Assembly (NCBI GenBank): GCA_038065355.1
Contig: JBBTRC010000010.1
Span: 11,452-75,451, forward strand
Direction: 5' to 3'
DNA from: Patescibacteria group bacterium
GTDB taxonomy: Bacteria > Patescibacteriota > Minisyncoccia > Phycocordibacterales > UBA918
DNA: 64,000 bases
The notes under the pieces were generated by a model. It saw nothing but the letters and a program-made list of their open reading frames with translations. It was not told where the DNA came from and searched no databases. Every line of letters starts with the position of its first letter. Positions within the stretch are counted from its first letter, which is position 1. The translations under genes and the position numbers were made by a program. Below, one piece after another: positions 28,930-38,053 of this stretch.

Positions 28930-29044
28930 CTTGCAGTAGCGTAAACCTATCTTCGCCCAGGTATTCTTGACTGTGGTTGCCTGCGGGTGGGGGTTATTTC
29001 CCCCACAACACTCAAGACTATATTTCTACAGTTATTCTTTACGG

Positions 29045-29103
29045 GTCGGGAGCTTCTTTTTGAGACTCCCGACAAACACCTCAAATAACGAGGTGTTTTT
29101 TAT
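29045..29103. terminator. family hairpin (GTCGGGAG-N13-CTCCCGAC) followed by bidirectional terminator CACCTC-AAATAAC-GAGGTG-T6
   Basis: second hairpin is flanked by A- and T-runs, between the 122-aa ORF and convergent tsaE. Confidence 0.5.
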
Positions 29104-29547
29104 TTAAAAAACTTGGGCGATTCGTTGTCCGTTTTTCTGTATCTCAAGCTGGATTGTCACGAGACTACGAGGAAGCGTGGCGGAGATTTTTTCGGCCCAT
29201 TCAATGCAAAAGAGCGTGTGTGACTGTTGCAGAAATTCAGAGAAACGCAGCGGCGCTAGCTCGGACACACTCTCGATGCGGTAGGCGTCCATGTGAAGGA
29301 GGGTTGGCCACTGTGCGTCGGTAGTTTCGTACTGTTTCAGAATAATAAAGGTTGGACTGGTGACCGTTTCGGTGACACCGAGATGGCGCGCGAGTGTTTG
29401 CACAAAAGTTGTTTTCCCCGCTCCGAGGTCACCCGAGAGCGCAATGACTGTAGCACTCTCGGTCGAGAGTGCTCGACAGCGCTCGATGACGCGAAGAACA
29501 AAAGCGTCGAGCTCTTCGAGCGTGTGAATGGCGATTGTCTCTATCAT
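29104..29547 (-). CDS. tsaE: tRNA threonylcarbamoyladenosine biosynthesis protein TsaE
   Basis: 147 aa; [13 protein letters not shown]-loop and SPTF motif of YjeE/TsaE. Confidence 0.8.
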   Translation of the reverse strand: MIETIAIHTLEELDAFVLRVIERCRALSTESATVIALSGDLGAGKTTFVQTLARHLGVTETVTSPTFIILKQYETTDAQWPTLLHMDAYRIESVSELAPLRFSEFLQQSHTLFCIEWAEKISATLPRSLVTIQLEIQKNGQRIAQVF

Positions 29548-29597
29548 TCCTATGACTCTAACAGATCGTCTTCGCTCTGAAAACTATCGTATCGTAC

Positions 29598-31364
29598 GTG
29601 GTATTATTGGTGATATTTATGGTGAAATTTGACGACAAATTTACCAACGCCCGCTTGGCTGACCTTCACTTAGAGGAAGAGGAGCGTTATGTTGCGACAA
29701 TGGCACCGCGGCTTGGATTTGAATACATAAACCTACGCGGATACACCATCAACCCGTCCGCACTCGCCACTATCGACGAGCGGAAAGCACGCGAAGCGAA
29801 TGTAGTGGGGTTTGAGCTCCATCACAACACTATCTCGGTCGGTGCCAAAGATCCCAACAACCCGCTGACACAAAAGGTGCTCGAGGAACTCGAGCGGCGT
29901 CGGTACATCGTACAGCTCTACCTGTGTTCAAGCCACAGCCTCGAACACGCCTGGAAGCGCTACAAAGATGTGAACGAGGCCGAAGCCGAGAAGAAGGGAG
30001 TGTTCGAAATCAACACTAACGACATCGCCGCTATGGTGGCCGGCATCAAGACGGTTAGCGATGTACAAACGGCCCTCAAAAAAATAAAAACTTCCAACAA
30101 CGCAAGGCGTATTTCCGAGACGCTCGAACTCATCTTCGCTGGCGCCATGGCGCTTGGTGCGTCTGACATCCACATCGAGCCGGAAGTGGCGACGGTGCGG
30201 CTACGGTACCGTTTTGACGGAGTGCTTCACGACATCGCTGACATTGAGTCTTATATGCACGCCAGGCTCATCTCGCGACTAAAGCTTCTCTCGGGCATGG
30301 TACTGAACACCAAATCCGAAGCGCAGGACGGGCGTTTTACTTTCGATATTGGCGACCGCAAGGTGGAGATCCGTTCTTCGGTCATTCCGGGCGCGGTCGG
30401 AGAGTCAATCGTCATGCGTATTCTTGATCCAAGCGTAGCGAGCTTCAGCCTCGACAAAATCAATCTCAATCCATACATCAGAGAGGCAATGCTTCTTCAG
30501 CTTAAAAAGCCAAACGGCCTCATCATCACGACCGGTCCGACCGGCTCCGGAAAGACGACCGCGCTCTACGCTTTTTTGCGCGAAACTCACGAGGAGGGAG
30601 TGAAAATCATCACCATTGAAAACCCGGTTGAGTACAAAATTGACGGAATCGTGCAGACCCAGACCGACGGCGACTACACGTTTGCTTCCGGCCTGCGCGC
30701 TATTTTGCGCCAGGACCCCGACATCATCATGATCGGAGAAATTCGTGACCGTGAGGTAGCCGAGACAGCTATTCACGCCGCCCAGACCGGCCACTTGGTC
30801 TTTTCCACCTTGCACACCAACAGTGCGGTGGCTGGCTTCCCGCGCCTGATTGATCTCGGCATTGATCCAAGAATTTTTGGGAGTTCTATTAACGTCATCT
30901 TGGGCCAGCGGCTGGTGCGGCTTCTTTGCACTGACTGCAAAGAAGCCGCACCAGCCACGCCGGAAGAACGTCAAATTATTGAAACAGCGCTCCTAACCCA
31001 CCCGCATCCACCGACCGTACCAGAACCACTCATGCTCTACCACGCCGTTGGCTGTGACATCTGCGGTGGTACCGGCTACAAAGGCCGCACTGGCATCTTT
31101 GAAGCGATTCTAATGGATGAAGCGGTCGAAGAAGCCGTCCTTCGCGACCCGCGAGAGCATGTTATTTTGGCAGCGGCTCGGCCGCAGGGCATCCCGACTA
31201 TGGTTGAAGACGGTATCACGAAAGTGCTCGCGGGCGAAACAGATATTCCTGAGCTCGAACGAGTGATCGAACTGCCACGAAAAAGTAAGTTGTCATTCGC
31301 TACGCAAAATCCGGCGCCAGTTCCTGGCGCCGGAGAGGAGAATTTTCTTTCTCACGTTGTGTAG
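29598..31364 (+). CDS. pilB: type II/IV secretion / type IV pilus assembly ATPase (GspE/PilB family)
   Basis: N-terminal GSPII_E_N-like domain, Walker A GPTGSGKTT, Asp box, His box, tetracysteine CTDC...CDIC motif. Confidence 0.85.
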   Translation: MVLLVIFMVKFDDKFTNARLADLHLEEEERYVATMAPRLGFEYINLRGYTINPSALATIDERKAREANVVGFELHHNTISVGAKDPNNPLTQKVLEELERRRYIVQLYLCSSHSLEHAWKRYKDVNEAEAEKKGVFEINTNDIAAMVAGIKTVSDVQTALKKIKTSNNARRISETLELIFAGAMALGASDIHIEPEVATVRLRYRFDGVLHDIADIESYMHARLISRLKLLSGMVLNTKSEAQDGRFTFDIGDRKVEIRSSVIPGAVGESIVMRILDPSVASFSLDKINLNPYIREAMLLQLKKPNGLIITTGPTGSGKTTALYAFLRETHEEGVKIITIENPVEYKIDGIVQTQTDGDYTFASGLRAILRQDPDIIMIGEIRDREVAETAIHAAQTGHLVFSTLHTNSAVAGFPRLIDLGIDPRIFGSSINVILGQRLVRLLCTDCKEAAPATPEERQIIETALLTHPHPPTVPEPLMLYHAVGCDICGGTGYKGRTGIFEAILMDEAVEEAVLRDPREHVILAAARPQGIPTMVEDGITKVLAGETDIPELERVIELPRKSKLSFATQNPAPVPGAGEENFLSHVV

Positions 31365-31470
31365 CGTGACTGCAATCGGTTGCAGCCATGAAACGTGGTT
31401 TGGTCAATATTGCACTCCGACAATTTGTGGTAGTGTCAGCATTAGCTGTTGGAATGATGCATTCCAGCGC

Positions 31471-31595
31471 ATAACTCTCTAAGCAAGCCTTCCGCATTGA
31501 AAGTGAGTATCGCGCTAAGGAGGTTTTTCGCACTCTCACTCTAGGGTGAGCGCCAAAAACCCCTCGCAACGTACCCGAGTTGCTTAGAGAGTTAT
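31471..31595 (+). other. long inverted repeat (16-bp arms ATAACTCTCTAAGCAA / TTGCTTAGAGAGTTAT) enclosing about 90-nt structured core
   Basis: perfect arms with internal sub-hairpins; lies in pilB-ruvB spacer; function unknown (candidate sRNA or cis element). Confidence 0.35.
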
Positions 31596-31712
31596 ATTCT
31601 GGAGGACGTGACCATAAAAAAGCGCCATTGGGGCTTTATTTACTGGTCAGAACAAGAGAACTCGAACTTGCTGAAGATACTAGCATAGATTACTTTTTTT
31701 GTCAACTATTTC

Positions 31713-31740
31713 CCGCCTGATGGCGGTTTTTTGCTATACT
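31713..31740 (+). promoter_or_regulatory. terminator-like hairpin CCGCC-TGAT-GGCGG-T6 followed by TATACT -10 box 8 nt before ruvB ATG
   Basis: suggests insulated, near-leaderless ruvB transcript. Confidence 0.35.
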
Positions 31741-31747
31741 GGTCTTT

Positions 31748-32743
31748 ATGTCAGGTACGACCGCTAATAAACCAATTTCCCGCGACGAAACTCACAACCT
31801 CGATCGAACATTACGACCTCTCACTTGGGAGGAATATGTTGGCCAGACAAAAATTAAGGAGAACCTGCGGATTCTCCTGACGGCCGCGCGTGAGCGCGGC
31901 CAGGCCGCCGAACACGTGCTCCTCTATGGCCCGCCCGGTTTGGGCAAAACAACCCTCGCCAATTTAATTGCCAAAACTCTTGGCACCAATATGCGTGTTA
32001 CTTCCGGGCCGGCCATAGAACGAGTCGGCGACTTGGCCGCCATTTTGACCAACCTCTCCCCCGGCGATGTGCTTTTTATCGACGAGATCCATCGGCTCTC
32101 AAAAAGCATTGAGGAAGTGCTGTACCCCGCCATGGAGTCGGGTGTGCTCGACATTATTATTGGCAAAGGTCCGTCGGCCAGGACCGTGCAACTGGAACTA
32201 CCGCCCTTTACCCTCGTGGCGGCCACCACTCGCATTTCGCTTCTGTCTTCACCTTTGCGCTCTCGTTTCTCCGGCGGCATTTTTCGACTCGACTTCTACA
32301 GAGACGAGGAGATCGCGGCGATTTTGAAGCGATCGGCCAATTTGCTCAAGGTGAGTGTCACCGATGAACAGTTCCGCAATATCGCCAAACGCTGTCGCGC
32401 CACCCCGCGTACTGCCAACTACCTCTTGAAGCGCTGTCGTGACTTGGCCCAGCTTGAACAAGGCCCGCTGACTGAAGAGACCATCAACAAAACTTTTTCG
32501 CTCTTGGAAATAGACGACCTGGGCCTCGGCCAGCCAGACCGGGCGGTGTTGGCTGTAATAGTCGAAAAATTCAACGGCGGCCCGGTCGGACTCAACACCA
32601 TCGCGGCCGCGACCGGTGAAGAAGCCTCGACCATAGAGGACGTCATCGAGCCATACCTCATTCGCCAAGGCCTCCTCGAGCGGACGCCGCGTGGACGCGT
32701 GGCCAGCCCCTTGGCATACCAACATTTACAAACAAAAACCTAG
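31748..32743 (+). CDS. ruvB: Holliday junction DNA helicase RuvB
   Basis: 331 aa; LRP..EYVGQ, GPPGLGKTTLA Walker A, sensor motifs, winged-helix C-terminus. Confidence 0.9.
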   Translation: MSGTTANKPISRDETHNLDRTLRPLTWEEYVGQTKIKENLRILLTAARERGQAAEHVLLYGPPGLGKTTLANLIAKTLGTNMRVTSGPAIERVGDLAAILTNLSPGDVLFIDEIHRLSKSIEEVLYPAMESGVLDIIIGKGPSARTVQLELPPFTLVAATTRISLLSSPLRSRFSGGIFRLDFYRDEEIAAILKRSANLLKVSVTDEQFRNIAKRCRATPRTANYLLKRCRDLAQLEQGPLTEETINKTFSLLEIDDLGLGQPDRAVLAVIVEKFNGGPVGLNTIAAATGEEASTIEDVIEPYLIRQGLLERTPRGRVASPLAYQHLQTKT

Positions 32744-32746
32744 CCT

Positions 32747-33283
32747 ATGTCTGGACATAATAAATGGTCAAAAATTAAACACAAAAAAGCGGCGACCGAT
32801 GCTCAAAAAAGCAAGCTGTTTTCTAAGCACGCGACCTTGATCACTATGGAAGTAAAGAAGGCCGGCGGCAACGTCGCCTCCCCGGGAGTAGTAGCGGCGA
32901 TTGAGCGCGCCAAAAAGGACTCCATGCCTAAAGAGAATATCGACCGGGCGATTGCGAAAGGAAGCGGGGCCGACAGCGCATCGCTTTCTGAAGTGGTGTT
33001 TGAAGCCTACGGCCCGGGCGGGGTGGCGATGCTCATCACGGCCGTGACCGACAACAACAACCGCACTGCTCCGGAAATTCGGCACACTTTTGTGAAGGCT
33101 GGCTATAGTTTGGGCGCGCCGGGATCAGCGCTATGGGCTTTTACCAAAACCGACACTGGGTACGTACCTAACAACCCACTTGAATTAAATGACACCGATG
33201 GTGAAGCGCTGGCCGTCTTGGTTGCCGCACTCGAGGAACATGACGAAGTGCAGGATATTTTCACCACTGCTGATACAGTGTAG
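32747..33283 (+). CDS. YebC/PmpR-family DNA-binding regulator, short form (178 aa)
   Basis: N-terminus MSGHNKWSKIKHKKAATDAQKSKLFSK matches YebC signature; about 60 aa shorter than typical. Confidence 0.7.
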   Translation: MSGHNKWSKIKHKKAATDAQKSKLFSKHATLITMEVKKAGGNVASPGVVAAIERAKKDSMPKENIDRAIAKGSGADSASLSEVVFEAYGPGGVAMLITAVTDNNNRTAPEIRHTFVKAGYSLGAPGSALWAFTKTDTGYVPNNPLELNDTDGEALAVLVAALEEHDEVQDIFTTADTV

Positions 33284-33288
33284 TTGCT

Positions 33289-33771
33289 ATGCGAGTCATT
33301 GGAGTCGACCCTGGATATGACCGAGTTGGAGTCGCCGTTATTGAATACGGTGACAACCATCGTGAACGGTTGATTTTTTCTACCTGCATCGAAACCGACA
33401 GGAAGACTGCCCTGCCTGACCGTCTCCACGCTATCGGTACACGATTCCAACAGTTGATTGTCACCTACACACCGACCACACTGGCCATGGAAACGCTCTT
33501 TTTTAACAAAAATCAAAAAACTGCCCTCGGTGTGGCGGAGGCCCGGGGCATGCTACTCCACATTGCCAAAGCGGCGGAACTCCAGATCTACGAGTTTAGT
33601 CCGCAAGAAGTAAAGGTGGCGACGACCGGCTATGGGAACAGTGATAAAAAGGCAGTCACCGAGATGGTGAAGCGGCTCGTCCCGGGTGCGCCCGCTACCG
33701 CCCTTGACGATGAGTACGATGCCATTGCGGTTGGTGTAACATGCCTTGCGCATCACGGGAGAAACACGTAG
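33289..33771 (+). CDS. ruvC: crossover junction endodeoxyribonuclease RuvC
   Basis: 160 aa; VIGVDPGYDRVGVAV N-terminus and catalytic acidic residues of RuvC. Confidence 0.85.
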   Translation: MRVIGVDPGYDRVGVAVIEYGDNHRERLIFSTCIETDRKTALPDRLHAIGTRFQQLIVTYTPTTLAMETLFFNKNQKTALGVAEARGMLLHIAKAAELQIYEFSPQEVKVATTGYGNSDKKAVTEMVKRLVPGAPATALDDEYDAIAVGVTCLAHHGRNT

Positions 33772-33845
33772 AATCCCCACCTGAAGCAGGTGTGGCAGTT
33801 GTCATTACTGTCACACTTTGTTACAAAAAGTTGTAACTCACGTAT

Positions 33846-34109
33846 ATGATTTTCGTACACACCAACGATGAAGAGGAAAAAGAAAAAGAAGAGAGCGAAG
33901 ATGAAGAGTCATCATTAGCTGACGATCTACTCGACGAGGTAACGGAAGAGGAAACCGAAGCTGGCGAAGTCGAAGGGTTTGGTCACATAAGAGAGGACGG
34001 TCCTGAAGTGGTGGAAGTGGAAGAAGAGAAGGATGACGCTGACGAATCACTCGAGGAAGATGCGGAAGATGTGGACTACGATACGTTTGACGATATAGAC
34101 GAGATGTAG
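33846..34109 (+). CDS. small highly acidic protein (87 aa, about 45% Asp+Glu)
   Basis: ORF followed by intrinsic terminator; antisense ORF is Pro-rich junk; no obvious SD, so low confidence. Confidence 0.35.
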   Translation: MIFVHTNDEEEKEKEESEDEESSLADDLLDEVTEEETEAGEVEGFGHIREDGPEVVEVEEEKDDADESLEEDAEDVDYDTFDDIDEM

Positions 34110-34153
34110 AAGGACAGCACGTTGGCATCGATAACTTGCTTGGATTGTATATT

Positions 34154-34177
34154 AAAAGCCCTTTCACGGGGCTTTTT
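34154..34177. terminator. bidirectional terminator AAGCCC-N7-GGGCTT-T5
   Basis: hairpin plus T-run between acidic ORF and convergent tyrS. Confidence 0.5.
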
Positions 34178-34205
34178 GGAATCTGCAGCACGTGTCATTG
34201 GTACC

Positions 34206-35453
34206 TTAGTCGCTCTTTCGCAACACAGAGAGGTTTTTCTTTCCACGTCTCACGAGGGCAATGTTGTTTACAAAATTTTCCGCCTTTAGAGTGAAGTCAG
34301 TGTCGGCGATTTTTTCGCCATTTAATGTAATCGCGCCGCTTTCTATAAAAGTGCGGGCTTCGCGCTTGCTCGTAGCCAGAGAGGCAGTTACCAGTACATC
34401 AACGAGCGCATCTCCAACTGATACGCCACTGGTCGGGGCGTTCGCGAGTAAAATTTCAACGTGCTCTGTCGAAACATCAGTAAGCGGCGTATCACCAAAA
34501 AGAATGTCCGACACGGCCGCGGCCGTGTCGGCGGCGTGCTCGCCATGCACGAGACGTGTCACCTCGTGCGCGAGGCGCTTTTTCGCCAAGCGCACACCGG
34601 GATTCGCCTCAAACGCTTTTTCAATTGCCCCAATGTCCTCAAGCGCCAAGAAGGTGAAGATTTTCAGATAATCTATCACGCTCTCATCGCTCACGTTCAG
34701 CCAAAACTGATAGAAAGTGTAGGGGGAAGTTTTTTCCTTGTCCAACCAGACCGCGTTCCCTTCGCTCTTGCCAAATTTTTTGCCAGTCGCTTTATCGATA
34801 ATGAGCGGAATGGTGAGTGCATAGACCGACTTTTGTAATTTCCTTCGGATCAAGTCGACCCCGGCTACCATATTGCCCCACTGGTCGGAACCGCCGATTT
34901 GAAGATCGCATTGAAACCGCGTGTGAAGCTCGTAGTAGTCGTAGGCCTGAAGAAGCGGATAGGCAAACTCTGTGTATGAAATGCCATTTTCACTTCCGAG
35001 ACGGGTGGCGATCGCGTCTTTCTTAACAAGCTCGTTTATGGTGAAATGCTTGCCGATGTCGCGTAAAAAATCGATGAGACGGAGTGGTGTAAGCCAATCG
35101 TGGTTGTTCACAAAAATAATGTCGGTGGCACCGAGTAGGTGCTCGGCTTGCGCCCGTAATTTTGCCACTCGTTCCTGCACTTCTTCTTCCGACAGGAGCG
35201 GACGCTCCACATCGGGCTTCGGATCACCAATCATACCCGTGCCGCCACCAACCAAAAATATGATCGTGTGGCCGTGTTGATGCAGATGTCGCAGTAAGAG
35301 CCAGGCGGCCATATTGCCGACGTGCGCCGAGTCGGCACTTGGATCAATACCGTGATAGACAACCCGCTTTTCTCCGTCGAGAATTTCTGCTAAGGTAGCG
35401 GCCGAGAACTGTTGTATAAACCCTCGGGCCTCAAGTTCAGAACTTAAGCTCAT
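34206..35453 (-). CDS. tyrS: tyrosine--tRNA ligase
   Basis: class I motifs (HVGN variant of HIGH, KFGKS), C-terminal S4-like domain. Confidence 0.9.
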   Translation of the reverse strand: MSLSSELEARGFIQQFSAATLAEILDGEKRVVYHGIDPSADSAHVGNMAAWLLLRHLHQHGHTIIFLVGGGTGMIGDPKPDVERPLLSEEEVQERVAKLRAQAEHLLGATDIIFVNNHDWLTPLRLIDFLRDIGKHFTINELVKKDAIATRLGSENGISYTEFAYPLLQAYDYYELHTRFQCDLQIGGSDQWGNMVAGVDLIRRKLQKSVYALTIPLIIDKATGKKFGKSEGNAVWLDKEKTSPYTFYQFWLNVSDESVIDYLKIFTFLALEDIGAIEKAFEANPGVRLAKKRLAHEVTRLVHGEHAADTAAAVSDILFGDTPLTDVSTEHVEILLANAPTSGVSVGDALVDVLVTASLATSKREARTFIESGAITLNGEKIADTDFTLKAENFVNNIALVRRGKKNLSVLRKSD

Positions 35454-35529
35454 ATGGCAACAACTCTATCACACAATCAGGCAGAATTGTCTAGACAAGT
35501 CATGCTAGTATTGGCCGTATAAGACTATT

Positions 35530-37764
35530 ATGAAGAAACAGTTGTGGTTTAGGAAACATTGGAAAGGCGCCTTACTTGACGTGTTGATTTTTGGCGTGGC
35601 CGGTGTCGTTATTGTGGCGGCCGGTCTTATTTTTTGGGTATCGACACTGCAAATACCCGACCTTTCGTCTTTTGAAGAGCGACGGGTGTTGCAGTCGACC
35701 AAAATCTACGATCGTACCGGTGAAGTGCTCTTGTATGACCTGCACCAGGACGTGCGCCGAACTATCATTCCACTTGAGCAAATGTCTCGTCACGTCAAAA
35801 ACGCTACGGTCGCAATCGAGGACGATCAATTTTATAAACACATCGGTATCGATGTGCGCGCTATTATCCGCGCCGCAGTGACTAACTTTACCGCCGGAGA
35901 TTTATTTGGCGGGCAGGGCGGCTCAACGATTACCCAGCAGGTAATAAAAAACTCTGTCCTACAGAGAGAGAAAACCTTAACTAGAAAAATAAAAGAAGCG
36001 ATTTTATCCATCAAACTTGAGCAGGTGCTTAGTAAAGATGAGATTCTGGAAATTTACTTAAACGAATCACCCTACGGTGGAACCATCTATGGTGTGGAGG
36101 AAGCATCGCGCGCCTTCTTTAACAAAGGCGCGGCCGATCTCACCCTCGCCGAAGCCGCCTACCTCGCGGCCATTCCTCAGGCTCCCACTTACTACTCTCC
36201 CTACGGCAACAACAAAACCGCCCTAGATGCGCGCCAAAAATTAGTGCTCGAGCGAATGCGGCTGAACGGTTTTATCACGGCTGAAGAGTATGAAGCGACG
36301 GCAACCGAAACGGTAGAATTTGAGGCGCAAGCGGTCAGCGCCATCAAGGCTCCTCACTTCGTGATGTATATCCGCGAAATTCTGGCGAAGAAGTACGGGG
36401 AGGAGGCGCTCGCGACAAAAGGCCTGCGGGTCATTACCACTCTCGACTGGGACCTGCAAAAAGAAGCGGAGCGGATTATCGCTGAGAAGGCACCGAAAAA
36501 CCAAGAACAATTCAACGCCTCGAACGCGGCGTTAGTGGCTGTCGATCCTAAAGTTGGTGACGTGCTCGTCATGGTCGGCTCGCGTGACTACTTCAGTGAA
36601 GAGGTCGACGGTAACTTCAACGTGGCGCTCGCCGAACGTCAGCCGGGCTCATCAATTAAGCCGTTCATCTACGCAACGGCTTTTTCAGAGGGGTATCTGC
36701 CAACCACGGTGGTGTTTGACGTGTTTACTCAATTTTCTCCGTCGTGTGATCCAGGTAGTTATAGTTCAGAATCCCCCTGCTACGCTCCCGGCAACTACAA
36801 CGGCAAATTTATCGGGCCGATAACTATGCGGAATGCCCTCGCACAGTCACTGAACATTCCCGCCGTGAAAACCTTATACCTCGCCGGGCTCAAGGATTCA
36901 CTCAAATTAGCCGCTGACATGGGTCTCACCACTTTGACTGATCCTGACCGGTACGGCCTTACGGTGGTCTTAGGAGGCGGCGAAGTTCGCCTCTTGGATA
37001 TGACGCACGGCTACAGTGTGTTCGCAAACCGCGGTCTTAAGGCCGAACCCCGCAACATTCTTCGCATAGAAGATAGCCGGGGTACAGTGATTGAAGAATT
37101 TCCTATAATGACCAATCGAGTACTCGACGAAAACGTGGCTGATATGATAAGCGACATCTTGTCAGACGACGAAGCGCGCGCGCCGCTGTGGGGACGCGGC
37201 TCGGTCATCAACTTCAACGACCGCGACGTGGCCGGCAAGTCTGGTAGCACCAACAACTTCCGCGACGCGTGGATCATGGGCTACGCGCCCAACCTCGCTG
37301 TCGGCGCCTGGGCCGGCAATAACGACAACGAGCCGATGCGGGGCCTCTCTGGCCTCATTACTACCCCGTTCTGGCGGGAATTCATGGACTACGCGCTCGC
37401 CAAACTGCCAGAAGAAAGTTTTGTACAACCGCAGATAGCCACGGAAGGTGTGAAGCCGATTTTGCGTGGCGACTACATTGATGCGTCAAAACTCTTTGCT
37501 GAGATGCAAGAAAAAGACCAAGACACGCTTGATATCTCCACCTACTACAACAACATTCATACGATTTTGTATTACGTCGATCGTAATAACCCACAGGGGC
37601 CGTACCCAAGCAACCCAGCCGTAGACCCACAGTACGTCAACTGGGAGTACGGGGTACAAAAATGGAAAGAGGCGACCTATGGCCCGCTCATCAAACAGCT
37701 TGAACAGACAGCCGACGAAGATGAAAATGAGGACAACGACGATCGCCGAAGGCGAAACGACTAG
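35530..37764 (+). CDS. class A penicillin-binding protein (transglycosylase + transpeptidase)
   Basis: N-terminal TM, GT51 motifs EDDQFYKHIGID and GGSTITQQ, transpeptidase SxxK/SxN region, acidic C-terminal tail. Confidence 0.9.
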   Translation: MKKQLWFRKHWKGALLDVLIFGVAGVVIVAAGLIFWVSTLQIPDLSSFEERRVLQSTKIYDRTGEVLLYDLHQDVRRTIIPLEQMSRHVKNATVAIEDDQFYKHIGIDVRAIIRAAVTNFTAGDLFGGQGGSTITQQVIKNSVLQREKTLTRKIKEAILSIKLEQVLSKDEILEIYLNESPYGGTIYGVEEASRAFFNKGAADLTLAEAAYLAAIPQAPTYYSPYGNNKTALDARQKLVLERMRLNGFITAEEYEATATETVEFEAQAVSAIKAPHFVMYIREILAKKYGEEALATKGLRVITTLDWDLQKEAERIIAEKAPKNQEQFNASNAALVAVDPKVGDVLVMVGSRDYFSEEVDGNFNVALAERQPGSSIKPFIYATAFSEGYLPTTVVFDVFTQFSPSCDPGSYSSESPCYAPGNYNGKFIGPITMRNALAQSLNIPAVKTLYLAGLKDSLKLAADMGLTTLTDPDRYGLTVVLGGGEVRLLDMTHGYSVFANRGLKAEPRNILRIEDSRGTVIEEFPIMTNRVLDENVADMISDILSDDEARAPLWGRGSVINFNDRDVAGKSGSTNNFRDAWIMGYAPNLAVGAWAGNNDNEPMRGLSGLITTPFWREFMDYALAKLPEESFVQPQIATEGVKPILRGDYIDASKLFAEMQEKDQDTLDISTYYNNIHTILYYVDRNNPQGPYPSNPAVDPQYVNWEYGVQKWKEATYGPLIKQLEQTADEDENEDNDDRRRRND

Positions 37765-38051
37765 AGGAGCGCTTCTGGCGCCGACGAACCGAGTCGTTCC
37801 TTTAACACGTTCAGGATGGCTTTTTTGTGGAGAAAGATTTCTGACTTCATCACACTCGGCACCTGAATACTAACTGTCTTGGTGGCAACTGTGTACGAGA
37901 TAGCCTCGGCAGAGATGTCAAACGTGGTGACTTCCTTTATCGCAATGGCGCACTCTCTTTCAACGGTCGCCTGGGGTGGTTTTAAGCGTTTGCGATAGCT
38001 TTCAAACAAATCGCCCACCTTTTTAATCCGTATGTCAGGTGGTTTCCTCAT
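37761..38051 (-). CDS. small protein downstream of dnaN (DUF721-like?)
   Basis: 96 aa, position equivalent to the yaaA/DUF721 slot after dnaN; weak assignment. Confidence 0.3.
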   Translation of the reverse strand: MRKPPDIRIKKVGDLFESYRKRLKPPQATVERECAIAIKEVTTFDISAEAISYTVATKTVSIQVPSVMKSEIFLHKKAILNVLKERLGSSAPEALL

Positions 38052-38053
38052 GC

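Noticed and set aside
24604-29103. CRISPR array interpretation of the GTCGGGAG/CTCCCGAC hairpins
   Set aside because: Repeat units are not identical (they are compensatory variants) and vary in length (22-29 nt). Spacing is irregular (50-550 nt). No cas1/cas2 is present. Better described as a covarying hairpin-repeat family.
31300-31569. 89-aa minus-strand ORF overlapping pilB end and the inverted-repeat element
   Set aside because: It overlaps a confident CDS and a structured palindrome, and has no SD.
33838-34191. 117-aa Pro-rich ORF antisense to the acidic ORF
   Set aside because: Its composition is the mirror image of GAA/GAG repeats. The acidic sense frame plus terminator is the more plausible gene, if any.
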